Below are positions 18,120 through 27,728 of a DNA stretch of 64,000 nucleotides, piece after piece; position 1 is the first letter of the stretch, and each line of letters begins with the position of its first letter. The stretch is from Vulcanimicrobiota bacterium (GTDB taxonomy: Bacteria; Vulcanimicrobiota; Vulcanimicrobiia; Vulcanimicrobiales; Vulcanimicrobiaceae). The position numbers and the translations under genes were made by a program. Under the pieces are notes generated by a model that was not told where the DNA came from, made no database searches, and saw only the letters and a program-made list of their open reading frames with translations. Where the stretch lies: the NCBI GenBank assembly GCA_963820825.1, contig CAWGBN010000007.1:64001-128000 (forward strand), given 5' to 3'.

Positions 18120-19589
18120 TTAGGATGCGCCGGCCGTCGCCACTGTCCGCGCTTCGGCTTGCTCGCGTTTACGCTCGCGTAAGAAGTGGAAGAACTCGAC
18201 GCCTTCGCGCAGGCGGCGTTTGCGCACCTGACGGTCGCCGAGCATGCCGCCGAGCAGCGAGAACATCTTGCGCGGCCGGAAGTAGAACTTCCGGTAGAAC
18301 TCGTCGACCCCCTCAAACATCATCGTCGAGGTCAAGCCGGGATAATTCAAGGCCGCGTGCTGCACGCCGTGCGTATCCACGAGGTCGCTGCTCTGCGCTT
18401 CCAGCCAGCCGTTCTCTTGTGCTTGTTTGTAGAGGTACGTTCCCGGATAGGGCGCGGCAAGCGAGACCTGAATGGTCTCGGGATCCATTTCGCACGCAAA
18501 GTCGATCGTCTCGCGAATCGTCTCGGGCGTCTCGCCCGGCATCCCGAGAATGAACGTGCCGTGCACCTTGATGCCCAACTCGCGGCAATCTTTCGAGAAG
18601 CGCCGGATGATGTCGAGACGCGTGCCCTTCTTCATGTTGTTGAGCACGTTCTGGTTTCCCGACTCGTACCCGACCAGCAGCAGGCGAAGCCCGCCGGCCT
18701 TCATGATCTCAAGGGTCGCGCGCGGGACGTTCGGCTTGGCGTTGCACGACCAGGTGATGCCGATCCGCCCCAGACGGCGCGCGATCTCTTCGACGCGCGG
18801 AATGTTATCGGTCAGCGTGTCGTCATCGAAAAAGAACTCCTTGACCTCGGGGAACATCGCCTTCGCCCGCCTCATCTCCGCCTCGACGCTCTCGGCGCTT
18901 CGCACGCGATAGAGATGGCCGCCGATGGTCTGCGGCCAGATGCAAAACGTGCACTTCGATTTGCAGCCGCGTCCGGTGTAGAGCGAAAGGTACGGATGCT
19001 GCAGGTAGCCGTTGAAGTAGTTCGGGATCGTCAAGTCTCGCCGATAGACGTCGAGGACCGACGGGAATGCGTCCATGTCGGTGATGATCGGGCGCTCCGC
19101 CGTGTGAACGATGCTGCCGTTACTCCGATAGGCGAGGCCGTCGATTTCGCTCAACGGTTTGCCCTGCGCAACCTCGACGCAGGTATAGTCGAACTCGCCG
19201 ACGCTCACCCAGTCCACTGCCGGCGCGCCGCGAAGCGATTCGTCGGGCAGCACGCTGACGTGTGCGCCGACCATTCCGACGACGGCATTCGGATTCTCTT
19301 CCTTCAACCGCTCGGCGAAGCGCGCGTCGTTGCCGAACGATGGAGCGCTCGTGTGGATGACGATGCGCTCGTACTCTTTGGCGAGCGGCGCGACCTGATC
19401 GACGGTCAGCTCGTCGGGCGGCGCGTCGATCAAGCGACTTCCGGGTATCATCGCCGCCGGCTGCGCGAGCCAGGTCGGATACCAGAACGACCGGACCTCC
19501 CGGCGACACTGATAACGCGCACCGGCGCCGCCATCGTAACCTTCGAAGGTCGGCGGATTCACGAACAGCGTTTTTAGGAAGTCGGGCAT
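18120..19589 (-). CDS. hpnJ: Hopanoid biosynthesis associated B12-binding radical SAM protein HpnJ
   Basis: KTLFVNPP.F.G.DGGAGARYQ..RE..SFWYPTWLAQPAA N-terminus and CKSKCTFC motif; GAGGAG RBS. Confidence 0.93.
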   Translation of the reverse strand: MPDFLKTLFVNPPTFEGYDGGAGARYQCRREVRSFWYPTWLAQPAAMIPGSRLIDAPPDELTVDQVAPLAKEYERIVIHTSAPSFGNDARFAERLKEENPNAVVGMVGAHVSVLPDESLRGAPAVDWVSVGEFDYTCVEVAQGKPLSEIDGLAYRSNGSIVHTAERPIITDMDAFPSVLDVYRRDLTIPNYFNGYLQHPYLSLYTGRGCKSKCTFCIWPQTIGGHLYRVRSAESVEAEMRRAKAMFPEVKEFFFDDDTLTDNIPRVEEIARRLGRIGITWSCNAKPNVPRATLEIMKAGGLRLLLVGYESGNQNVLNNMKKGTRLDIIRRFSKDCRELGIKVHGTFILGMPGETPETIRETIDFACEMDPETIQVSLAAPYPGTYLYKQAQENGWLEAQSSDLVDTHGVQHAALNYPGLTSTMMFEGVDEFYRKFYFRPRKMFSLLGGMLGDRQVRKRRLREGVEFFHFLRERKREQAEARTVATAGAS

Positions 19590-19647
19590 GCTTAATCTCC
19601 TCTCGGTTTTCTCCGGTTTTCTGCCGACGGCATAAAGCCTTTTCCCC

Positions 19648-19926
19648 TCAGGCCGGCCGTTGCGCCAGATCCGCTGCGCGGACGGCGACCTCATGCTCGC
19701 CTTGACCGGCGCCGATCGTGTCGAGTTTCACGAACTCGCGCGCGATCAACGGCAGTGCGACGCCCGTCATGAAGACGACGAAGCCTTCGAAGAACTTACC
19801 GGCGGCCGCGAGCGACCAGATGCGCCACTGCATCGACGTCATCGGTGCGGATCCGAGCACGGTTCCATCGGCCCAGGCGGGCATTTCGTCGATGTAATCT
19901 TGAACGGAGTCTCGAGCGTCGGCCAT
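19648..19926 (-). pseudogene. MFS transporter remnant (first TM only)
   Basis: YIDE.P.WADGT...QWRIWSLAAAGKFFEGFVVFMTGVALPLIAREF is an MFS N-terminus, but the ORF ends after about 92 aa. Confidence 0.65.
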
Positions 19927-19973
19927 AAGGGAGACGCCCGTGGCTTCTCTATCGAGCGGGCGCGCCCTTGCCT

Positions 19974-20612
19974 TTAAAGCGCCCTGAGCGCGCTCTGCAC
20001 GTCCCTGAAGCGGCGAAAGTTCGAATACGCGACCGAAATCGTTCCCTCGCCGGGGAACGGCCCGTACGTGCCCTTGTACGCTTGCGTCTCGTCGGTCGCC
20101 GACCAATATCCCGAAAGCACCTCTCCGCGCCGATCGGTGATCTCGCCGGAGGTTGCGTGCGGCGGAAGCGCGGCGGGTTGATAAGTGTACGTGACGACGT
20201 TGTATTGCGCGTCGTAGCTAAAGCTTCCGTCGCCGTGCGCGCCGTCGCGCACGTTTGACGTGAAGCCGATCGTTGCCGGGCCGGTGCTCCGGTATTGATA
20301 TGCGCCAAAGTTGCGTGCGTCGAACGGCGTCGCGAACGCCTCGTTCGGCTTGGGATGACTCCACGAATCTTCCAGGGCGGCTACGTCGGCGGCGCTCGCG
20401 GCCTTGCCGTCGATCGAATAGCTCGTCACGCGCACTTTCGCGATCGCGCCATCGTCGTAGGCAACGTTCATCGTGAGATCTTCATGGCGCCGCGAGAAGC
20501 CGGCATGCACGTCGAAAACGCGGTGCAACTGACAGACGACGGCCCCGCGGCTCGTCTGGGCAAACCGCTGCGCCACCTGCGCGAGCGCGGGCGGCGCATC
20601 TGCCGGCAGCAT
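19974..20612 (-). CDS. Hypothetical protein
   Basis: 212-aa ORF with protein-like composition, co-oriented and closely spaced with neighbours. Confidence 0.7.
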   Translation of the reverse strand: MLPADAPPALAQVAQRFAQTSRGAVVCQLHRVFDVHAGFSRRHEDLTMNVAYDDGAIAKVRVTSYSIDGKAASAADVAALEDSWSHPKPNEAFATPFDARNFGAYQYRSTGPATIGFTSNVRDGAHGDGSFSYDAQYNVVTYTYQPAALPPHATSGEITDRRGEVLSGYWSATDETQAYKGTYGPFPGEGTISVAYSNFRRFRDVQSALRAL

Positions 20613-20624
20613 CAGCCCACGCCC

Positions 20625-20981
20625 CTAGGGGTGCAGGATGACGCGGTTGGCGATGAAGGTGCCGTTGCTATAGTAGCCGACCAACGCCACGCGCTCGCCG
20701 GCCGCCGGCGTTGCTCCCGTCGGAAAGATGACCGTTCCGTGCTTGAGGTCGACCGTCTGCACCACGCCGTTGCGGCGCATTACGGTCAGCCGGTATGGCG
20801 AGAATGCGCCGACCGTTCCGAGCATTACGTGATGTCGATCGTACTGGCGTTGATCCCAGCCCGGTTGCCACGTCGTGTAGGATGGAACGTCGTACTGCGC
20901 GCTAACCGGGAGAGCGGTTACCGCGCCACCGAGAATGAGCACCGTTGCCGCCAGCGAGGTCATTGCAGTGTAGAATCTCAT
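20625..20981 (-). CDS. Secreted hypothetical protein (possible OB-fold/DUF5666-like)
   Basis: Signal peptide ending VSA-Q; G..V...G...NGTFIANRV C-terminus. Confidence 0.7.
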   Translation of the reverse strand: MRFYTAMTSLAATVLILGGAVTALPVSAQYDVPSYTTWQPGWDQRQYDRHHVMLGTVGAFSPYRLTVMRRNGVVQTVDLKHGTVIFPTGATPAAGERVALVGYYSNGTFIANRVILHP

Positions 20982-21034
20982 GCACGCCTGTTACCCCCTG
21001 CTCGAACCGCTCTAACTCAGTCTAAATGCGCTCT

Positions 21035-21865
21035 TTATGGGTGGGTCGTCGAAACGTAGAGGAAACGGTTTGGCAAATCAAGCGTAAAGCTGCGCCCGGC
21101 CCAAAACGCGTTTCCGACGTCGCAATCGTAGATGAGATCGGAGTAGCGCACGGCCGGTGAGGCAAGTGCCGTCTCCGAGGCACCGACGAGCGAGAGCGCG
21201 TCGAGCCGTCCGCTGCCGGCGCTTGTATCGAGACCGATCGAAGCAGCGAACGTCTTGTCGAGCGTAATCCCCTGCGAGCCGGTATCGATCTCGCAGAGAC
21301 CCGTCTTGCCGTTCCCGAAGTCGAAGCGCGCAAAGATCGCGAGCGAAATGCCGAGATCGTCCTGAAGTATGACCGGCACGCGCACCTGCTGGCGAACGCG
21401 TTCCGGGAAGGTCTGCGCATCTTCGATGACGATCTGGCGATTGCGAAAATCGAAGGTCGTGGTGATGGTGCGAAAGGCCGTCGCCGCAATCAGACCCTCG
21501 ATGCCGGTTCCGTCGAGGCCCTTCCAAATTCCGACGTACGGCGCGGTGAGGGGAGCCCCGCCCATCGCGAAGGTCACGACCTTACCGATCGGGAGATCGA
21601 CGCGCTCGCCGGTGAGTCGCAGGCTTACGTATTTGCCGCTGACGGCGACGTAACGCCGCCCCAGGTCGCTTGAGAGAACGTCGACGCCCGCCCCTAAATT
21701 GACGAGCATCGGCACGGCCGGCTGACCGTCGACCGAAGCCTGAACCTCGAGCAGACCGTTCTTGACGTCGGTGAACGGTATCGTCTCGACCGCGCTCGCG
21801 GGCCGCGGGACGGTGCAGAGCAGCACCGCCGCCGCGACCGCGACGAGTGAGTTAGAACGCCCCAA
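21035..21865 (-). CDS. Secreted retropepsin-like aspartyl protease family protein
   Basis: Two-lobed pattern: first lobe VNLGA (degenerate), second lobe IDTGS; signal peptide. Confidence 0.7.
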   Translation of the reverse strand: MGRSNSLVAVAAAVLLCTVPRPASAVETIPFTDVKNGLLEVQASVDGQPAVPMLVNLGAGVDVLSSDLGRRYVAVSGKYVSLRLTGERVDLPIGKVVTFAMGGAPLTAPYVGIWKGLDGTGIEGLIAATAFRTITTTFDFRNRQIVIEDAQTFPERVRQQVRVPVILQDDLGISLAIFARFDFGNGKTGLCEIDTGSQGITLDKTFAASIGLDTSAGSGRLDALSLVGASETALASPAVRYSDLIYDCDVGNAFWAGRSFTLDLPNRFLYVSTTHP

Positions 21866-23060
21866 TCCCGTTGGGAGTTCCCAGACCGGTCGGTCCGTCC
21901 CAACCGGTGCCGGCCTTGCAGAGCGGCGCGCCGCAGCTTCCGTTGCTGCCGGAGGTGACGTCGTTCAGGCTCGACGTGTGCGAGTAAAGATTCCCCGGAT
22001 TATTCGCGCTCGTATTCCCGGCCAGCGCAAAGACCGAAGCGACGATCGGCGTAGCGACGGAGGTTCCGCCGAAGACCGTCCAGCCGGAATAGCCGTACGA
22101 ATCGTAGACGGCAACGCCGGTGTTCGGATTGGCATCGGCCGAAACGTCGGCTTGCGCGCGCTTCGTGCAGCCCGTGGTGATGCCCGTTTGGAAGCTGGGC
22201 TTGGCATAGACCGTGCTGCATCCGCTTCCCGCACCCGACCAGGCCGACTCGGTGCGCGGACTCGTCGAGCTCAGCGTCGTTCCGCCGACGCCGATCACGG
22301 TCGGCAGAATCGCCGGCCACTGCGCGATCGAGTTATGCCCGTTGTCGCCGGTCGCCGCCGTAATCGCGACGCCGGCGACGTTGAAGTCGCCATCCTTCGA
22401 CTTGGTGCCTTCGTTGCCGCTCCAGCTATTGCTCACGTAGTTCGCATGTTGGGTGGCGTAGACTTCCGCCGCGGCGAGATTGGCGGTCGTCGACGACTTC
22501 GCTTCTACCAGGAGGACTTTGCAGTTCGGGCAGATCGCGGAGACCATGTCCACGTCGAGCGACTCTTCCGCGGCCCAGCCCATATTCTTGGCCGTCCCAA
22601 ACGCGTGCGCCGTGAAACATCCGCTCGAGGCCGTGCACGGCGGAAGGCCGTATTGCGCGCGGTACTTCGCAAGATCCGCGGCGGCATTCGGATCGACGTA
22701 GGCATCGACGATCGCGACGGTCACGCCGCTGCCGTTGCTCTGACTGTACGACGTCAGATTGTACGCCGTCTGCAGGTCGCTCGGGCCGTATCCGCCCGGT
22801 GTATCCGGACGAATCAGTCCGTGGACGTCGGTACGGACCCAAGCCTGACAGCGCGCGTATCCGACTGCCACCGCGCCGCAGACGCGGGCAGCCGGGCCGG
22901 AGCGCGGCCAGAGTCCGAGCTGCGCCGCAGTCGGATGACCGGATTTTACGGAAGCAAGCGACGAACTCGCGCCTCCGCTGGGGACAACCGCGTTCGACGC
23001 TCCATTACACGCGGTCAGGGCAGTAACCAAAGTCACCGCAATAATCGTTGGATATCGCAT
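21852..23060 (-). CDS. S53/S8 (sedolisin-like) serine peptidase lipoprotein
   Basis: Lipobox LTAC; EESLDVD, SNSW, ATGDNG, GGTSVATP and GWDGPTGLGTP motifs. Confidence 0.9.
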   Translation of the reverse strand: MRYPTIIAVTLVTALTACNGASNAVVPSGGASSSLASVKSGHPTAAQLGLWPRSGPAARVCGAVAVGYARCQAWVRTDVHGLIRPDTPGGYGPSDLQTAYNLTSYSQSNGSGVTVAIVDAYVDPNAAADLAKYRAQYGLPPCTASSGCFTAHAFGTAKNMGWAAEESLDVDMVSAICPNCKVLLVEAKSSTTANLAAAEVYATQHANYVSNSWSGNEGTKSKDGDFNVAGVAITAATGDNGHNSIAQWPAILPTVIGVGGTTLSSTSPRTESAWSGAGSGCSTVYAKPSFQTGITTGCTKRAQADVSADANPNTGVAVYDSYGYSGWTVFGGTSVATPIVASVFALAGNTSANNPGNLYSHTSSLNDVTSGSNGSCGAPLCKAGTGWDGPTGLGTPNGIGAF

Positions 23061-23159
23061 GTTTCCTCCGTTTCCTCGTGTTGCGAGCAGGCTGCGACAA
23101 GACTTTACGTTTTCCTGCGTCGAACAAACGAGTAACGTAACTCGGCGTCTGGAGGTGCC

Positions 23160-24563
23160 ATGAACCGGTTTGAGGCCTTATTTTTTTCCGCCGCGGTCGT
23201 CGCGCTCGCCGGCTGCGGCTCGGGAACGACTCCGGCGCCGGGGCCGGCTGCGGCCAACGGAATTCAGCACGTCGTCATCATGGTCCAGGAGAATCGCAGC
23301 TTCGACAACATCTTCGCGGGTTTTCCCGGAGCCGATACGACGATGGAAGGGCCGTGCAAACCGGCAAAGTGGTGCAAGGGGTCGCATATCGTCAAGCTTC
23401 ACTCGGTCAAGCTCGAGAGCAACGGTGCGGCCTACTTCGGCGTAGATATCGATCATAGCCATCACGGTTTCGAAGTCGAATGCGATCCGAACGCCTCGAA
23501 CGTCTGCCAAAACGACGGATTCAATCTCATCCGTTACGGTCAAGCCGGCCAGGGCTTTCCGGCGAAACTCTATCCATACGCCTATGTCGACCGCAAGGAG
23601 AGCGCGCCGTACTGGAAGCTCGCGCAGCAGTACACCCTCGCCGACGAGTTGTTCTTCACCGAAACGGCCTCGAGCTTCATCGCGCACCAGGCGATTCTCT
23701 CGGGCACCGTTCAATACAGCAAAGACGCGGTCTTGACCGATCAGCCGAACAATACGCCGTGGGGATGCGACGCGCCAACCGGCACGACGACGCCGCTCTT
23801 GTTCTCCAATGGCAAGTACAAATACAACGGCCCCAAACCGTGCTTCACGCAGTACGGCACGCTCGCCGACCTGCTCGATGCAAAGAACGTGGGGTGGAGA
23901 TTCTACGTCGACTCGTCCGGGAACGGCCCCAACTCCGACTTTTCGGGCTCCGTCTGGAACGGCTACGATGCGATCAAGAAGATTCGCTACGGCCCCGATT
24001 GGCACAAGAACATCAGCATTCCCAACACGTCGCTCTTCGGCGACATCTCCTCCGGAACGCTGCCCTCCGTCTCGTGGGTGATTCCCACGCTCTTCGACTC
24101 CGACCATCCGGCGAGCGGATGCAACGGCGGCCCCTGGTGGGTCACCAAAGTCGTCAACGCGCTGGGCACCAGCCGCTACTGGAAGAACACCGCGATTATC
24201 CTGATCTGGGACGACTGGGGCGGCTGGTACGACAACGCACCGCCGGATCAAACGAACTATCACCAGCTCGGCTTCCGCGTTCCGATGATCGTCATCTCGC
24301 CGTATGCCAAGCCCGGGAATATCTCGAGCACGCACTACGATTACGGCAGCATCTTGAAGTTCGTCGAAGAGACCTTTGGGCTGGGATCGCTCGGTACGAC
24401 CGACGCGACCGCAGCATCCATGGACGACATCTTCAACTTCAAGCAAAAGCCGAACGCCTTCGTCGCGGCTCCCGAGCCGCCGGTGATGAGCTGCGGAAAG
24501 CAAGCATCGGCCCCGAACGCGGCACGCGCGATCATCGAGCACGACGGAGGCATCCCCGAGTAG
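23160..24563 (+). CDS. Phosphoesterase (phospholipase C/acid phosphatase family) lipoprotein
   Basis: Lipobox LAGC; IQHVVIMVQENRSFDN, WDDWGGWYD and GFRVPMIVISPYAK motifs. Confidence 0.92.
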   Translation: MNRFEALFFSAAVVALAGCGSGTTPAPGPAAANGIQHVVIMVQENRSFDNIFAGFPGADTTMEGPCKPAKWCKGSHIVKLHSVKLESNGAAYFGVDIDHSHHGFEVECDPNASNVCQNDGFNLIRYGQAGQGFPAKLYPYAYVDRKESAPYWKLAQQYTLADELFFTETASSFIAHQAILSGTVQYSKDAVLTDQPNNTPWGCDAPTGTTTPLLFSNGKYKYNGPKPCFTQYGTLADLLDAKNVGWRFYVDSSGNGPNSDFSGSVWNGYDAIKKIRYGPDWHKNISIPNTSLFGDISSGTLPSVSWVIPTLFDSDHPASGCNGGPWWVTKVVNALGTSRYWKNTAIILIWDDWGGWYDNAPPDQTNYHQLGFRVPMIVISPYAKPGNISSTHYDYGSILKFVEETFGLGSLGTTDATAASMDDIFNFKQKPNAFVAAPEPPVMSCGKQASAPNAARAIIEHDGGIPE

Positions 24564-24565
24564 CG

Positions 24566-25234
24566 ATGGCGCTCTTCGCCGACCGCGCCGACGCGGGACG
24601 GCAGCTCGCCGAAGCGCTCGCCGAGTACGCGAACGATCCGAACGCCGTCGTGCTGGCCTTACCGCGCGGCGGCGTGCCGGTCGGTTACGAAGTGGCGCGA
24701 CACCTCCGCTTGCCGCTCGACGTCTACGTCGTTCGCAAGCTCGGCGTACCGGGTCACGAGGAGCTTGCGATGGGAGCGCTCGCCGGCGACGGAACCTGCG
24801 TCCTCGACGAGCAGCTGATCGGCTCGCTCGGCATCGGCGACGAAGCGCTGCAGGAGGTCGTCGAGCGCGAGGCCGGCGAGATGCGCCGGCGCGAGCGAGC
24901 CTATCGCGACAAGCGTTCGCAAGCGAAGGTCGCCGGTAAGAAGGTTATCGTCGTCGACGACGGGCTGGCAACCGGCGCGACGATGCGCGCCGCGGCATCG
25001 GCGCTGCGAGCGCATCGTCCCGCGGCGATCGTCGCGGCCGTCCCGGTCGCGGCGCGCCGAACCTGCGCGGCGCTCCGGGGCGTCGTCGATCGCCTCGTCT
25101 GCGTCCACACCCCCGAACCGTTTCATGCCGTCGGGCTCTACTACGACGACTTCGCCCAGACCAGCGACGACGACGTGCGCCGCCTCTTAGCCCAATCCGC
25201 AGGGGCTCGAACAGGGCGCCGCGCAAGTGCGTAG
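24566..25234 (+). CDS. Putative phosphoribosyltransferase
   Basis: FADRADAGRQLA, LPRGGVPV, VRKLGVPGHEELAMGA and VDDGLATGATM motifs. Confidence 0.9.
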   Translation: MALFADRADAGRQLAEALAEYANDPNAVVLALPRGGVPVGYEVARHLRLPLDVYVVRKLGVPGHEELAMGALAGDGTCVLDEQLIGSLGIGDEALQEVVEREAGEMRRRERAYRDKRSQAKVAGKKVIVVDDGLATGATMRAAASALRAHRPAAIVAAVPVAARRTCAALRGVVDRLVCVHTPEPFHAVGLYYDDFAQTSDDDVRRLLAQSAGARTGRRASA

Positions 25235-25245
25235 TAATCAGGGGC

Positions 25246-25566
25246 ATGAAGCGTCAATTTGCCGCCGTCGCCGGATTCGCGCTGACCGTCATCTTCTATT
25301 CGTTCACCGGGTTGCGCGGTTCGGTCGATACGTGCAAGTGGTTCGACGACAATCTCACCGATCGCTCGATCGGCGCACTCACGCACCAGACCGATCTGCT
25401 CTACAACCGCTTGGCGCTACGGCCCGACGCTCCGGTAACGGTCGGCGGAACCGCGGTCACCCAGGAGGGCGAACAGCTCGTCGACTTCAAGCTCGACTCG
25501 GCCACCATCTGCAGTGCAGCCGAATCGGTCTACGGCCCGACTCCCGCACCGTCGGCGTCGCCCTAA
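25246..25566 (+). CDS. Hypothetical membrane-anchored protein
   Basis: N-terminal hydrophobic segment; follows the PRTase gene and converges on the next gene. Confidence 0.6.
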   Translation: MKRQFAAVAGFALTVIFYSFTGLRGSVDTCKWFDDNLTDRSIGALTHQTDLLYNRLALRPDAPVTVGGTAVTQEGEQLVDFKLDSATICSAAESVYGPTPAPSASP

Positions 25567-25572
25567 CGAACG

Positions 25573-27150
25573 TTAGCGAACGTCCCACGATTCCGGTGCG
25601 ACCGGATACATCAGCATGTTGCGCGCAAAGCCGGTCACGCCGCTGCCGACGACGTCTACGTTCGATTCGAACGCGATCGGAACGACGGGCACGTCGCGGC
25701 GCACGATCCGCTGCATCTCCAAGAAGTCGTGGCGCCGGCGCAGCGGATCGCCGGTGGTCGCTTGATCCTCAAAGAGCGCGTCGAATCTTGGATTGCAATA
25801 GTTCATCGAGTTGTTTCCATCGGGGCCGCGTTGGCTGCACGCAAAGATCACCGACTCCTCAGGATCCGCCGCGCCGATCCACTGCGCCGCCGCTAGGGTA
25901 AACGACCCGCTTCGCAGCGGACCGCCCGGAGCGTTGAAGAGCGCTGCAGCGTACGGCTTGATCGTCGCGTCCATCCCCGCGCGGCGCAGCTGCTCCTGTT
26001 CGATCACCTGCATCCACGTGCCGCGTTCGGGCGCGAGTGCGATTGTTAACGCCAACGGCCGTCCGTCCTTCGTCCAGCGGCCGCGATCGCGCTGCCATCC
26101 GCCGGCCTGCAGCTCGCGCGCAACCGTTGCCGAATCGCCGCTGGTCGTCTGCGGTGCGGGATCGTGCCAGGCAAAGACCGGCGGCAGAAATGAATCCGCG
26201 GCCGCGAGTGCCCCGAACCGCCCGCGCACGATCTCGCTGCCGTCGATTGCGGCCGCGATCGCGCGCCGGACGTGGGTATCGGCCGTCGGCCCCGCCGTCG
26301 TCTGCAGCATCAGAGAGTAGATTCCGTTGATCGGGGTAATCGCGACGCGCGCACCGGCGACGCCTCGAGCCTCAGGAATCTGCGCCGCATTGATCTCGGT
26401 TACGTCTACGTCGCCCGCGCGCAGGGCTAAGAGCGAGGCCTGCGTCGTGGGAATCAGCACGAAGACGACGCGCACCAATTTGGGGCGTGGCCGGTAGTAT
26501 GGATTGGCCTCGAGCACGATGCGATCGGCGCGCCGCCAGGCAACGACCTTAAACGGTCCCGTTCCAAAGGGCCGTTCGTTCCATGCGGCGTCAGTAACGT
26601 CGCTCGAAGCAAACGCGTGCGCCGGCAAGATGCCGAAGGCAAAATCGGCTTGCGCGAAGAGTTCCGCGACGGCGGCGTTCCACCGCTGCTTCAGCCGAAC
26701 CACCACGGTATAGCGATCCGGCGTCTGCAGCGCCGCGACGCGCCGGTACGCATCTTGCGACTCCACCGGATTGCGCGGGTCGAGGATCGCTCGAAAGGTG
26801 AAGGCGACGTCGGCCGACGTGAGCTCGACCCCATCGGCGAAACGCACGCCGCGACGGAGATGATAGACGATCGTCTTGCCGTCGACGGAGATCCCTCCGT
26901 TGGCGCGCGACGGCACCCGCGTGACGAGTATCGGCACGAGCTGGTTATCGGCCGAGAGGCCCACCATCGTTTGGGTGACGAGCAGATCGTAGCCGATCGT
27001 ATCTTGGTCGTGGGCGAGCAGCGGGTTGAGCGACGAAGGATCGACGTTATCGGCGATGCGCAGGACGTGTGGTTGTGCGCGCTCGACGCCGGTGCGCGCG
27101 CAAGCGGCCAGCGCCAGCGCGAGAACGATTGCCGCCGTCGCGCGCCGCAC
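25573..27150 (-). CDS. Peptide ABC transporter substrate-binding lipoprotein (family 5)
   Basis: Lipobox LAAC; LRRGVRFADG..LTSADVAFT and GTGPF motifs. Confidence 0.92.
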   Translation of the reverse strand: MRRATAAIVLALALAACARTGVERAQPHVLRIADNVDPSSLNPLLAHDQDTIGYDLLVTQTMVGLSADNQLVPILVTRVPSRANGGISVDGKTIVYHLRRGVRFADGVELTSADVAFTFRAILDPRNPVESQDAYRRVAALQTPDRYTVVVRLKQRWNAAVAELFAQADFAFGILPAHAFASSDVTDAAWNERPFGTGPFKVVAWRRADRIVLEANPYYRPRPKLVRVVFVLIPTTQASLLALRAGDVDVTEINAAQIPEARGVAGARVAITPINGIYSLMLQTTAGPTADTHVRRAIAAAIDGSEIVRGRFGALAAADSFLPPVFAWHDPAPQTTSGDSATVARELQAGGWQRDRGRWTKDGRPLALTIALAPERGTWMQVIEQEQLRRAGMDATIKPYAAALFNAPGGPLRSGSFTLAAAQWIGAADPEESVIFACSQRGPDGNNSMNYCNPRFDALFEDQATTGDPLRRRHDFLEMQRIVRRDVPVVPIAFESNVDVVGSGVTGFARNMLMYPVAPESWDVR

Positions 27151-27728
27151 TAGAGCGGGCGCACGCGCAGCGCGAGGCTGATGCGCGGGCCGGTGGCGGC
27201 ACGCGTCTTTGGAATGCCGTGGTCGTAATGCAGTTGCGTCTCGTAACTCATCAAGAGCAGGCTCCCCGTCTCCAGATTCAAGTCGAAGACGCGGCGCGGT
27301 TTGCTCTTGCTGCGAATCGTCATCAATCGCGTCGCTCCGAGCGAGATCAGCGCGATGGGATACCCGGCAACGATCTCGTAGAGGTGGTCGTTATGCGGCG
27401 CGACGCTGTCGCGGCCGTCGCGATAGAGGTTCAGGCCGGCGCTGTTAAACGGCGTCCCCGTCGCCGACGCGGTAAGTTGCGCGGCCTCGGCGAGCGCCGG
27501 CGGCAGCTGCGGATCGTCGAGGCGGTAGCGCGCCACGAGCCGCGGCACGTCGACGTCGCGATCGTACATCCGCCGCCGTTCGCTCTGCCAGGAGACGCCC
27601 TCGCGCAGGCTTTCGAACCAACGCCGTGCGGTTTGGGCGTCGGCGAAACCCGGCAGGTACGCGATCGAGCCCGTCGCATCGTCGACGAGCGTGCGCCGCG
27701 GCGCTCCAAAGATTCCGAGCTGCGTCAG
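27150..27728 (-). CDS. AlkB-like 2OG-Fe(II) dioxygenase (ALKBH2/3 type)
   Basis: FNSAGLNLYRDGRDSVAPHND, ISLGATR, HGIPK and RISLALR motifs. The start is probably a CTG overlapping the gdh stop. Confidence 0.88.
   Translation of the reverse strand: MTQLGIFGAPRRTLVDDATGSIAYLPGFADAQTARRWFESLREGVSWQSERRRMYDRDVDVPRLVARYRLDDPQLPPALAEAAQLTASATGTPFNSAGLNLYRDGRDSVAPHNDHLYEIVAGYPIALISLGATRLMTIRSKSKPRRVFDLNLETGSLLLMSYETQLHYDHGIPKTRAATGPRISLALRVRPL

Noticed and set aside
25563..25576. CTAACG-AA-CGTTAG palindrome between convergent genes
   Set aside because: Largely formed by the two facing TAA stop codons; too short to call a terminator or operator.
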